From the NCBI GenBank assembly GCA_030265395.1, contig JARFYF010000074.1, forward strand, positions 87,659,235 through 87,723,234: 64,000 nt of DNA. The letters run 5' to 3'. The number at the start of each line of letters is the position of its first letter. Position 1 is the stretch's first letter. Under the pieces are notes generated by a model. That model ran no database searches and was not told the DNA's origin. It saw nothing but the letters and a program-made list of their open reading frames with translations. A program made the position numbers and the translations under genes. Shown here in pieces: positions 11,813-23,300 of this stretch. Source of the stretch: Rhina ancylostomus (lineage: Eukaryota).

Positions 11813-12074
11813 CATATGTGTGCCAGTCACAGCTCACAGTTGGTACAATGATAATATGGTGCAGCAGACAAGGAAATTAGTCGTTTGTTAAACAGATTCA
11901 CTTGTAGATGGGACCAATCCAGTAGTTCTGCCAACATATGAAGACTTCGTCTTGATTGTGATGACAGGCCCGCTGACTGATGTACAGCCCATATATACAA
12001 TCGAGTGTTTGGGAGACTGGCAGGATGGATTCATCAGCCTTTGCTGCCTGGGAATTCTGTTTGGAGACACATCT

Positions 12075-12632
12075 CTATAGAACTCTGGTCAGGCCGCATT
12101 CAGAGTATCGCATGTAGTTCTGGTCCCCTCACTACAGGAAGGATGTCGAGGCTTTAGTGAGGGTGCAGAGGAGGTTTACTAGGATGCTGCCTGGATTAGA
12201 GGGCATGTGCTATCAGGAGAGGCTGGACAAACTTGGGCTCTTTTCTCTGGAGCGGCGGAGGCTGAGGGGTGATCTGTTGGAAGTGTATAAAATGATGAGG
12301 GGCATCGATAGGGTGGACAAGCAATATCTTTTTCCCATTATTGAGCGATCCAATACCAGAGGGCATGCATCTAAGGTGAGAGGGGGTAGGATCAGAACAG
12401 ACGTCAGGGATACCTTTTTTACTCAGAGAGTGGTGGATGCCTGGAATGAGTTGCCTGATAGCGTGGTGGTGGCAAATTCATTGGGGGATTTTAAGAGGGG
12501 CTTGGATGGGCACATGAATGAATGGAAAATGGAGGGATATGGGCATTCTGTAGGTAGGAGGGAATAGCTATGTCGGCACAACATTGCAGGCTGAAGGGCC
12601 AGTTCTGTGCTGTACTGTTCTATATTCTATAC
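12075..12632 (+). mobile_element. Relatively young 5'-truncated CR1 LINE (ORF2 C-terminal 136 aa open to its stop codon)
   Basis: ORF 12157-12567: RVQRRFTRMLPGLEGMCYQERLDKLGLFSLERRRLRGDL...FFTQRVVDAWNELP; tail 'ctgaagggccagttctgtgctgtactgttctatattctata'. Confidence 0.95.
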
Positions 12633-13714
12633 AGTGGATAAATCAGTGATTCATGTATTCAAGAGTTGGCTTGGGTTGACTGAGGGCAAAGGTATTTTTC
12701 CCTCTTAATCTCAGTTACTGGGACTTACTAATTCTGTTTTGGAATAGTGGGAATTCTTAGATCAGTGCAAAACTGCTGGATGTGAGGGATGATGGGATGA
12801 GTAGGAGTCTGCTTCATATTACTTGCTGCTTCTGACCCGTTGTAAACTGTGGGATACTATAATCACCTCTTCAGCTGATTATATTGCATTAGCTAAACAG
12901 GGTGACTCTTTCAATAGAAGATGTCCTCAAAAACAATCTGCACACCCTGTACAATTATTTCCAAACCAGGGGCTTGAAACAAAGGCAGCTATGACAGCTA
13001 TTGTCTTGTGTTGTCTTACCTCTTTGACCAGTGAAACACTGTGGAATTGAAACATGTGGAAACCATCTACGGTACTCTGGAGTCACTCTACTTCAGTCTC
13101 CGAGTTATGGTCAACTGAAGATTACAATGAAACTAAGTATTATAGTGAAGCTCACTGGAACATCCTTGGGAATCAATCATCCATTGGTCAACCCAGACCC
13201 AAATACTCCTCATACCTGGGTACTGCACTTCTATTTGGCAACAAAGGAGAATAAAAAAAAACATAAAATTTTGTGTAAATGGTTCTTCAGGAGGAGTGGT
13301 TGGAGAGAAGGTGGAGCCCGAGTACAGCAGTGGAATATATTTTCTGCTGCTCAAAGGGAGAAGCAGAAAAATGTGGCAATGCTTAAAGCAACAGGTAGAA
13401 AAGCATCCAACTTCATGGAACAAATCCCGGATGACTTCTTTATGCAGATATGAACCAAGAGTGATCAGCTATATGGGGCATTTTGAAGGGAAATGGCTGT
13501 TTATCTGAGTGCTACCCCTTTGATCCAGGCTTCTTTGCTAGAAATAAGATTAACAAGTTTAAGAATCAGCCATTTAATTTTGTATTTCTGGCCTTCCATG
13601 CCCCAAAACTTCCATTCCACTACTGGGTTGGATAGTCTTCAGATTCTTTTATTCTTGAAACCCTCTTTACAAACATTCCTGCTCTGCATTTCTTTTTCCA
13701 TTTTGAAAATCTCA

Positions 13715-14045
13715 TTAGAGCGGCTGCCTACTAGTGCTAGCAACCTGGGTTCCATTTTGACCTCAGCTGCAGTCTATGTGAAGTTTGCACCTTCTCCCTG
13801 TGATTCCCATGGGTTTCCTCTGGGTGCTTCAGTTTCCCGCCACATTCCATAGACGTGCAAGTTGATAGGTTAATTGGCCACTGGAAATTGTCCTTAATGC
13901 ATAGGTGAGTGGTTTAATCTGAGGGATTGATGGGATATGGACAGAATAAAATGGGATTAGTGTAGGATTAGTATAGATAGGTGCTGATGGGCCACATGGA
14001 ATTGGCAAGCTGAAGGGCCTGTTTCAGTGCTCTATGACTCTATGA
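13715..14045 (+). mobile_element. HE1-like V-SINE with CR1-type tail
   Basis: V-domain 'gggtttcctctgggtgcttcagtttcccgccacattcc'; 3' end 'gaagggcctgtttcagtgctctatgactctatg' shared with CR1. Confidence 0.8.
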
Positions 14046-14914
14046 GAAACAATCTTCTTAGTCAGTCTTCAAAAGAGCACTTAAAATCTCAAACCCACAA
14101 ACTTTCCCTCCACTAATCCCCTTGTTTTAAGGTACATTCTCTTTATCTATTTCTTGTACTTCTTTCCTTCCTCTATGATGCACCTTGAGACATTTGTCAT
14201 GTCAAAAGGACAACATAAACATGTTACTGTTATGTGGCAATTGCACATTTCCTTCCAGAAATAGTGAACTTATATTGAACAATTCCTCTAAAAACCTCTG
14301 CAAGATATATTCCAGCATCCAAAACTAACAATGGCAAGTCAACACAAGGAAATTAATAAGATTATCACAAATGGACTGTGTCAACTACTTTTAGTTTGGG
14401 AAAAGTTAATATTTTACAGAGAAAAGGGCATCAGATTATTTTTAATTTGCACAAAAAATCTATTGCTGCACTGTCAGGGACTCCAGGGGTAAGTGAGGCA
14501 TTCTCTGCACCTGTGACCTATTTGCTCAAGTATAGTTAATATAGCAATATATGTACACAGAAAGGAAAGCTGCTCACTTTCAGCCAGACAGAAAAGAGAA
14601 TCATTCATTTGTGCATCCACGGTGGCACATCTGCGATTTCTCTGACATATAGGTTTTTAGTTGTCTGTCTGTCTGACTTGCTCATAGTTGCAGCTGCTAT
14701 AACTCTGCACGCTTAACCTCTATTTCTGGCATGAACATGCAGGGAAAATAGGTTACTGCTTCTCTTTATATGGAAAATGCCTGTATAACATCACCAAATT
14801 TGCTATTTAAGGTTAGCCATGTAATTATTATCTGAATAAATTACATGGGATCAGAAAAAAAGATACAGCACGAATAAAATATTTGTATAAGATGTCACAA
14901 AAATAAAGTAACCA

Positions 14915-15100
14915 CATTAAACATAAACGGAATGCTGGAAAAATTCCACGGGTCAAGCACCATCTGTGGAGGCAAAAGCTGTAAGTCGACATTCTGGGTC
15001 AAGAGCCCTGCATCAGGACTGAGAGCGGACAGGAAAGATTGCTGGTAGATGATAGGTGGAGCCAGATGGGGTGGGATGGTAGGCAGATGGAACCAGGTGC
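14915..15100 (-). mobile_element. Penelope-like terminal repeat containing a hammerhead-like motif
   Basis: 'aatgctggaaaaattccacgggtcaagcaccatctgtggagg' plus minus-strand agtc-CTGATGCA-ggg..ccc-AGAA-tg-TC-gact at 14984-15020. Confidence 0.75.
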
Positions 15101-15724
15101 CACCCAGTTGCAAGGTTGAAGGCCATGTATGGAAGATCAGGGATGATGAGGGATCTAAGCCCGTGTTGTTGTGGAAGGAGTTGAGGGGGAAAGGAATTTG
15201 AGCCATGCTGTGGTCAGTGGGGGGAGTGCAAGAGGGTTTGGAGCCTGTGCCTTGCATTGGAGTTGGAGAAGGAGGGGTAGGCTGTGCTGTGGTCAGGGGC
15301 AGGTGGTGCCAGAGATGGTTATATTGTGGTGATAGTGGATGGAAGAGGTATGGGTTGATGATTGGCCAAAGACTATGGTTAGCAGGCTCAATATCATACT
15401 TGAGGATTGGGGACAGTGAAAGGACAACTGGCTCATGAGGGTTATGGTGAAGGTCACAGACTTGATTGGGGGCCTTGGTGAGTCAGGAGACAGGATATTG
15501 GAGGGCAACTGGGACATTATTAGGAGATCAGAAGGTGGGGAATTGGGAACAGAAATGGATACAAAAAAAGCAGGCACTATGAATGAAGAGGTTGACTACT
15601 GTAGTTTTGCAAATGAATTTCTGTGACAGTGTGAGAGACACTTAATGTGACAATGGTTGTTAAATGTAGACGCATTTGTATTGCAGCTGCATGAACAATC
15701 CAATAGGAATTTTTTTTGTAATAT

Positions 15725-17550
15725 TTTTGTAGGGTGTGGACATCACTGGCAAGGCTCACATTTATTGCTCATCACTAATTTCCTTGGTGATGGTGGCAGT
15801 TATTTTTTTTCTTGAACTGCTACAATCTGTGTGGTGAAGAGACTCCCACAGTGCTATGGCAGGGAATTCCAGCACTTTTCCCAGCTTCATTGTCTCCCCA
15901 CGTCAGGATGCTCTGTGACTTAGAGGGAGGAATTTGCAAGCAGTGGTGTTCCTGTGCTCTTGACTCACTAGGCACTAGAAGTTGTGGGCTTGAATGGTAG
16001 TGTTAAATAAGTCTTGTCTAATTTCTGCAGTGTACTTTGTAGGTGTTACATCCGGCAGTAATAATGCAACATGATGGTAGGAGTAAATGTTTGACAATAT
16101 CATTCAGGATATTGTTGGTAGGAGATTTCCTGCTGGTAATGCCAATGAATGTCAAAGGGACATGGTTATCTTCTCTCTTGATGGAACATGAGTGACTCAA
16201 ATATTACTTGCCAATTATCACTGCAAGCCTGAATATTGTCCGTGTTACTGCATGTAGGAATCACCTCATTACTTGAAGAACTGCAACCACAACTGAACAA
16301 AGTGCAGGCATCAGCATTGTCAAGAGCACTCTCATCTGACTGCTGGAAGACAATTTTTTTGGTCATATTTGGACCAAGTCTGTAAAGATGGTTAGTAATG
16401 AGTGGTCCTGGCATAACTCAAATTAAACCTTAATGAATAGGTTATTGGTACATGCTACTCTATAGCACTGCCAATGAAATCTTCCATTGCTTGGCTGATG
16501 ATTAAGAGTTTAGGGTGATATTGAATCATTCTGTTCTTTTCTTCATTATGTACCAATTTGTTGGATAGATTGTACTGTAGTGACTGTACTGGGACAGCCT
16601 GACTGGAGGCACAACTGACCCCAGAGCTTGTCCATACCATAGTTGTGATGTCATTAAGTCCCATAACTTGTGGTGTATCCAGTGTGCTTACCCACAGCTT
16701 GGTATCATTTGAAGTGAGTTGCATTGGCTAAGGACTGGCTTCTGCAATGGTGATGATGTCAGGTGAATGAAATAAAGATCCATTCAGTATCGATGGCAGA
16801 AGGTGTTTGCAAACCCTTCAGCCTTATATTTTACACTTACACTGGGCTCCCTTGTCACTGAAACTGGGGATGTTTATACAGCTTACCTTGTCCATTACTT
16901 GTTTAATATTTCACCACCATTTACAATAGGGTACGGCAGGACCATTTTAATCTGATACTTTGGTTAGAGTCTACAACAATCTAATTCTGCTGTTTAGAAT
17001 GCTTGTACTTCTGTGTTGTAGCTTTATCAGATCAACACCTCAATTATTGCACATGTATGTATATTGATAGCAGAATGAGACACAAGATTACAGATTGTAA
17101 TCAAATATAATTCTGTTGTTGTGATTGTCTATGGCCCTTCGTGGATGCTTATCCTACTGCGCTTGATGGTGCTGCATGTGTGATGGTGAAAAATTTCCTT
17201 GATGTGTGGACAAGACTTTGTTTCCACAAGTCCTGTCGTGACCAAATGCATTTGCTACAGTTAAATCAGTGAGGATGAGTTTAACTAAGTTTTTTCTGTG
17301 TCCTCTAGGCACCTGCCAAAAACCCAGTCTGGCAGCTGTCCTTGGGACTCACATGAATTGATCATCTATTCTTGGTGAGAGACACTGAAATCCCAACCCA
17401 GCACATATTCTGAACCCTTGCTGCCCTCACTGCTTCTTGCATGTGGCATTTGACGAGGAATACTGATTCATCATCTAAAGGAGAAGGGAAAAGGTAATCA
17501 ACAGGGTATTTCCTTGCCTGTGTTTGACCTGATACCATGAAACTTCATGG
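15725..17550 (-). mobile_element. Ancient CR1-group LINE, long degenerate remnant
   Basis: Family 3' end 'gggtgtggacatcactggcaaggctcacatttattgctc' at ~15730; degenerate ORF2 (DNIQACSDNWQV.F); homologous to 4175-5320 and 59245-61380. Confidence 0.7.
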
Positions 17551-17739
17551 AATCCAGATCCACAAGACCAGTCTGTGTCCAAGGATTGTGTCCAAGGGAT
17601 CTGGAATGTTGGCTGAATGCCAGATTCTGTGAATATGGCTGTATTAAGTTTTGCTTGTGTAATGTGGTCGTGTGTGTATGGGGAAGGGGGTGTTCACCCC
17701 TTCAGCATACAACCAGGGTTGACTTGGATATGTACGTCT

Positions 17740-18080
17740 TTATTTGCATTTATTGCCCGGTTTAATTCCATGTGGTTAGTCTTCTTTCACTTTTTTTTCC
17801 ATATTATCATGGAATTAAATGGCTTCTGGGTCACTTTCGATTATGAGTCAACTATATAGGTCTGCAGACTCATTTAGGTTGGATCAGGTTAATACACAGG
17901 TTTCTTCCCTTAAAGGACATTATTAAACTAGGTAGGATTTTACAACAGTAACTGCTCACCATTCCTATTATAAATCTTTTATTGTAGATTTATTTACTTG
18001 ATTGAGTTTGCATTCCCTAACTGCTATGGTGGAATTTGAGCTCATTTCTTCAGATTATTAGTCCAGCAAGTAAATCAATA
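17740..18080 (-). mobile_element. Old tRNA-type SINE (same family as 20000-20315)
   Basis: 'ttcttcccttaaaggacattattaaac...ggtggaatttgagc...gattattagtccag' is the reverse of the 20000-20315 element. Confidence 0.65.
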
Positions 18081-18239
18081 AGCCCCCGTACCTGGTAATG
18101 ATTACCATATACTTGTTTATCTGCAGGAATTCAAAAGGGAACAAACAAGTTGACATTTGTCAAGGGAGTTTACATAACATACTTCCATCTATTAATATAT
18201 GTGCTCAAATTATTATCAATTTCTCTCTTGAATCGTAAA

Positions 18240-18605
18240 CTTGTGGGTTTAAGTCTTCAAGTCCCACAACAGATTGTGTCCACATAACATTCCAGTTGAC
18301 TGCTGAGAGATGCTGCATTATTAGAGATATACCATTACACCATGGCCCCATCTGCGTGTTCAGATAGATGGAAGAAACATTCTCTGTCGTTCAAAGATGA
18401 AAAAGGAATTTTGATATCTGGCCAACATTCCTGTGTGACAAACGCTACCAAAAGCAGACTTTTGGTCATTGTCTTCTCTCAGGTTTGTAAAGACTCTTTG
18501 CAACTTGGAAAGTAAGGATAATGCTTTCACTTAAAAAAATGATTCACCGGTTGTGAAGTCATGAGATATTCTGAGATTACATATATTGCGAGTTGTTTAT
18601 TCTAT
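18240..18605 (+). mobile_element. DeuSINE (SacSINE1-like) remnant
   Basis: 'ttcaagtcccac...gctgagagatgctgca...ggccccatctgc...ctggccaacatt...cagactttggtcatt'. Confidence 0.6.
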
Positions 18606-19541
18606 CATTTGACTAATAGGGAATTGCATTATCAAACAATTGCCAGCAGGTGGGGTGGTGTCAGAGGATGATGATGTATGAGTTCAACATTGGGAGACCG
18701 AAAGAGACACAGCTGCTGTTCAGCTGAAAGGATAATCGATGACAGGGAGTATGATCTCAATTTTTATTCAATTAGTGAGAAAGATTGCATAACCTGCAAG
18801 TATAATAGGAACAAATATGTTGTACTATTCTTTTATTTTGAATTAAGTTAAAATTAATATTCTTGTCATCACATTTAATCCTATTTTTCATTCATGTTAT
18901 TTACACAGAAAGAAACTATACCAATGTTTGTGCATAGGACAATATGAAGGAACAGTTTAGCTTATTTCTTCCCTTGTGGTATTTCAATATTGTTTAACGT
19001 TTTCCAAACTTACAAAAGAAGATTGAAATAAAACCCATTATAGGAAATGAAGTGCAGAATAGACATTCAATTATTCAGTATGTTAATATATGTTATAATA
19101 AGTTTTGACTGAACATAATTTGGGTAAACTGCAATGAAATATNNNNNNNNNNNNNNNNNNNNNNNNNNNNNNNNNNNNNNNNNNNNNNNNNNNNNNNNNN
19201 NNNNNNNNNNNNNNNNNNNNNNNNNNNNNNNNNNNNNNNNNNNNNNNNNNNNNNNNNNNNNNNNNNNNNNNNNNNNNNNNNNNNNNNNNNNNNNNNNNNN
19301 NNNNNNNNNNNNNNNNNNNNNNNNNNNNNNNNNNNNNNNNNNNNNNNNNNNNNNNNNNNNNNNNNNNNNNNNNNNNNNNNNNNNNNNNNNNNNNNNNNNN
19401 NNNNNNNNNNNNNNNNNNNNNNNNNNNNNAGGACAACTGGCATTATGTTTCTCTCCTGCTTTAGGTTTTCACAAAATCAATCCATGCACATTGAAAGTGT
19501 GGTGATGGCTTCTAATGTCTCCATCAGTGCCGGTTGATTCC

Positions 19542-19560
19542 TGTCCACCAGGGGGTGTGC
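19542..19560 (+). promoter_or_regulatory. CTCF-like motif
   Basis: TGTCCACCAGGGGGTGTGC matches 14 of 19 positions of TGGCCACCAGGGGGCGCTA, including the unbroken core CCACCAGGGGG. Confidence 0.45.
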
Positions 19561-19999
19561 AACAGCAGGGTGAGTTGCCCAGTGATACCCTTCTCAATTC
19601 TGAAGCACCATTAGTTTACAGGTGAACCTGAGAGATGTTTGGAACCCATATTGTGGATGTGAATCAGTGCTATTTGCCTTTGTTTTTACATTAATACATT
19701 ATTTAATCAGATTCAATACTTTAAATCCATTCTCTGTTTCAACAGACCTAGAACATTATTATTATTAGTATTATTTTTGTTATCATTGTTTAATAAACAG
19801 ATTTGTGTAGGTCCATTGGCTTATACCAATGCTATGGTGTTTTGTGTCCAGAACATAGATTTGGCAGGTAGTTAAAGGGCTATGTTGTGGTGCACTTTCT
19901 GATAGATCTGGGAATCTAAAGTAGGTTTGTAATATGCCTATACAATCTTGATCCTGAGCATCATCAAGTACCACTCTGATAACATTGCCATTGTACAAC

Positions 20000-20315
20000 T
20001 GTGGTATAACGGTATGTTATCATAGACGTTCAAAGCTCATCCTGGCTGCTGGGAAATTTAAATACAGTCATTTAAATGAATCTGAAATTAAAAAGCTACT
20101 GATAGTATCATGAAAGTGTATCTGGTTCACTAATATCCTTTAGGGAAGGAAATCTGCCATCCTTACCAGGCTGGCCTATATATGACTCCAGATTACTTAC
20201 TATTACTGACTGCTCTCTGAAATGGTCGAGCAAAAGACTCAGTTCAGGGGCAAATGGAAATGGGCAATGCGCTGATATTGCCTGCAACACCCACATCCTT
20301 TGAACACATAAAAAG
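20000..20315 (+). mobile_element. Old tRNA-type SINE with LINE-related body and tail
   Basis: 'tctggttcactaatatcctttagggaaggaaatctgccatccttacc...gactcagttcaggggc...gggcaat...cccacatcc' ending in an A-rich tail. Confidence 0.75.
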
Positions 20316-22254
20316 GTACAAGTAAAAGGTATGATTGATAGGAATTGAAGCTTCTAAAACTGAATCATTAATCTCATTGTTTACCTTCACAAAAGGAACA
20401 AAAATGTTTGGTTAAAGTGTTTTAACTCAGTAATATGTACTTTGTAATGTAGACAAAAATATGTCCTGATTATCAAATATCTTTGTTAGAACTGAGATAT
20501 TAAAATACATAATTCATTCTGAATTTGTGGCCAATTTACACAGAGTAAGGTTTCATAAAATGCAAATAAACAGCCAGATGATCCATTTTTCATGGAAGCA
20601 ATAATGTTGGCTAGGTTACCAGGAAAATGCTCTTCCAATATGCCAAGAGAATGAAAGGAATAACATTCGTCAATGCCCAGTAGTGTAAAATGGGCTACTT
20701 ACAAATATTCTGTCTGATTTACACCACACTTGATTTTCTTTTCCATGAAATGTTAATGAAAATGAATTAATGAATTTGATTGAGCCATCCAAATGGCACA
20801 TGGTCCTGAACGTCAATAGTCAACAGATTCTACTTCAATTTCTTATATAGAGCTGAAATTGTTTGTTTATTACAATCATAATTTTACATGCCTTTAAGTA
20901 ATCCACAGGCACTCACCTTTAAATGAAAAATTGGCCTTTTATGTAAAATTGCAGCTTTCATCTTCTTTGCTTGTAATAGGGTCAATTTTCACATAGCCTT
21001 AGTGGGTCATTGTTCAGGTTTTTTTCAATGTGTATTGTACCTGATTGATGACAGTGCAAAATCCAGGCAAATGGATACAATGCAGGACAGGCATTATGGA
21101 AAGAATCACTCAAAGGAAGGCCATTATACAAATGGTGGGAAGACAAAAGTCTTAACAATGCAACTTATGTTGAACCAGGATGGAAAATTTCCTATCACCA
21201 TCTTTGCCAAGCTTGAAAACAAAGCAGCCTAGTCAGTATATTTGTCTTTCAGTCTCCAGTCCTTCACACCTTCTTGTGCTTTTTGCCACCTCTGATCTTT
21301 TCTGGTCTGTTGAAGCTTTTGCCTACTTCACTGATTTAACATTTTAACATGAATCATCTCCCAGTTTAAGTGCAGTGATAGGCTTGATAATATAAAAGAG
21401 AATTCAGCAAATTTTCATAAGAAGTTTCTTCTCAAATGCAGTCAAAAAAAATGTGGTGTTGTGTAAGCTAACTCCATAGGAATAATCAAATTATGCAAGA
21501 ACACTTTATTCATTCATGAGTACATTTCCTGTTTAGATGCAGCATAGTGAACGAATATCCACTGACAGGAATGCAATAACTGATTGACAGGCTTGTGGTA
21601 ACCCACTGATCCTGTTATAATTTACACTGTATGGTCCTACACACAGTTAAACTTGTCATGCGCACACACCATTGCATGTTACCTGATTAGATGAAATGTC
21701 AATGCTGTATATCCCCTCAATCTTCTACGCTACTGAGGTTAACTTAAGGTCAGTCTAAATTAATGTCTAATTTCTTAGGCAGAACTAATGAAATGATGAG
21801 CAGCTAGGTTCCTGTATTTGTTTATGTGCCTTGGCTCCAGATAAGATCATCATCTTCACTTCCCATTAGAATTTTTAATCTTCAATTTTATAATACAATA
21901 AAAAAGTTGTATGTATATATATTTTGATTAATGACAAAGTCTAGTGAACAACAGTTTTTTTGATTGGCTCAGGCTTTGTAAATTTGATTGTGGGTGCCTG
22001 CACCAAGTGGTGGCAAATTCTAAGGGGTAAAATGATTAATTGTTATGCCTGCTTAACAGAGAGAAAACAGGAGCAGCTTTGAAAAATTCTCCAAGACTGT
22101 CCATCACATCTCAAGGATACCTGATTAATGTCTAAAGCCATGGTGGAGTAGGATGATTTTTTTCCAGGCATTATCAAATACAGTGGGTATAATGAGACTC
22201 CAAATGGTTATTTTAGTTCTCCTCCAAAAATGTGGGCTACATTTGAGACTCAAT

Positions 22255-22545
22255 TGAAATTGCCCTTGTGAAACAGCTTTTTGAACCTACGGTCTGACTG
22301 GCAAAGGGTGGGTTGAAAGTTCCAGGGTTTCAAAACAGTGGAGGTGAAGGATCAACAATATATTTCCAAGTTCGGAGGAGAACTTGCAGGTAGTGGTGTT
22401 CTCATGTACCAATTGCTCTTGTCCTTCTAGGTGGCAGAAGTCCTTGGGTTTCGGTGGTGTGTTGAAGAAGCCATAATGAGCTACAGTGGTGCACTTAGGA
22501 GATGGAGCACTTGTGTCAGTGATGTAGTGAGTATTTAGGGTGACA
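22255..22545 (-). mobile_element. Ancient CR1-group LINE 3' fragment
   Basis: 'ggagaacttgcaggtagtggtgttctcatg...gtccttctaggtggcag' is homologous to ~15920-15990 and ~37855-37930. Confidence 0.65.
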
Positions 22546-23084
22546 CATTGGGGACCATTCAAGGAATTGACACCAAAATTATTTTTTTGAAAAGACTTGA
22601 TATGGAGCTAAGAGGAGAAAAGGTACTTATCCAGGGTTGGCAACATTCCAAATGGATTTTTACCAGCCTATGATTTCTCTCCTTCCAGCTATCCTCGCTA
22701 GCTTTCTATGAACTATCTAAGGAAGAAGGTGGGTAAGACAGGTAACTCGTCTAATTTATTGGAATGTATGTCTGAGGAACAAGTTCAGGGTCAGGCCAGT
22801 CTTTGATTTTCTGGCTGGGATATACAATGCCTGTGCAAACTGGATCTAGGCCCAAGAATAGAAACAGATGAATTTTTATCTCTAAATGTGGAATTATGTT
22901 CTGTCCTTAACTTCTCCTTGTTCAATCATCAATATATGACCATTGGAGCACATAGTGACAATTGAGCAAGAAGTTAACCATCAAACCAAAATAAGCTGAG
23001 CAGCTAACCATTAGAAATATCTGCTCTGGAGAAGGTTTGAGCAAATCCCTTTTAAAAAAAAACTAAACAAATCAAAAGTCACAT

Positions 23085-23300
23085 TTTCAATGGAACAAAA
23101 ATCACCATGCTGGAATGATTCAGCAAGTCAAGCAGCATCTCTGGAGGCAAGTCGACCTTTCAGGTTGAGGCCCTGCATCATGCCTGAGAGGGAAGAGGAA
23201 AGATTGCCAGCATATAGCACCGCATGGCAGGGGTGGGACAGAAGCCAGCAAGTGATAGGTGGAACCAGATGGGGAGGGGATGATGGGCAGATGGAACCAT
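23085..23300 (-). mobile_element. Penelope-like terminal repeat with hammerhead-like motif
   Basis: 'atgctggaatgattcagcaagtcaagcagcatctctggagg' plus minus-strand aggc-ATGATGCA-ggg..cct-GAAA-gg-TC-gact. Confidence 0.75.

Noticed and set aside
13031-13453. 140-aa + strand ORF with a possible acceptor at 13031 and donor at 13395
   Set aside because: No recognisable protein similarity, a weak donor, and the splice signals are stronger on the opposite strand; not called as CDS
18668-18726. ATGATGA...CTGA resembling C/D snoRNA boxes
   Set aside because: No convincing terminal stem or recognisable rRNA/snRNA antisense element; such words are common by chance
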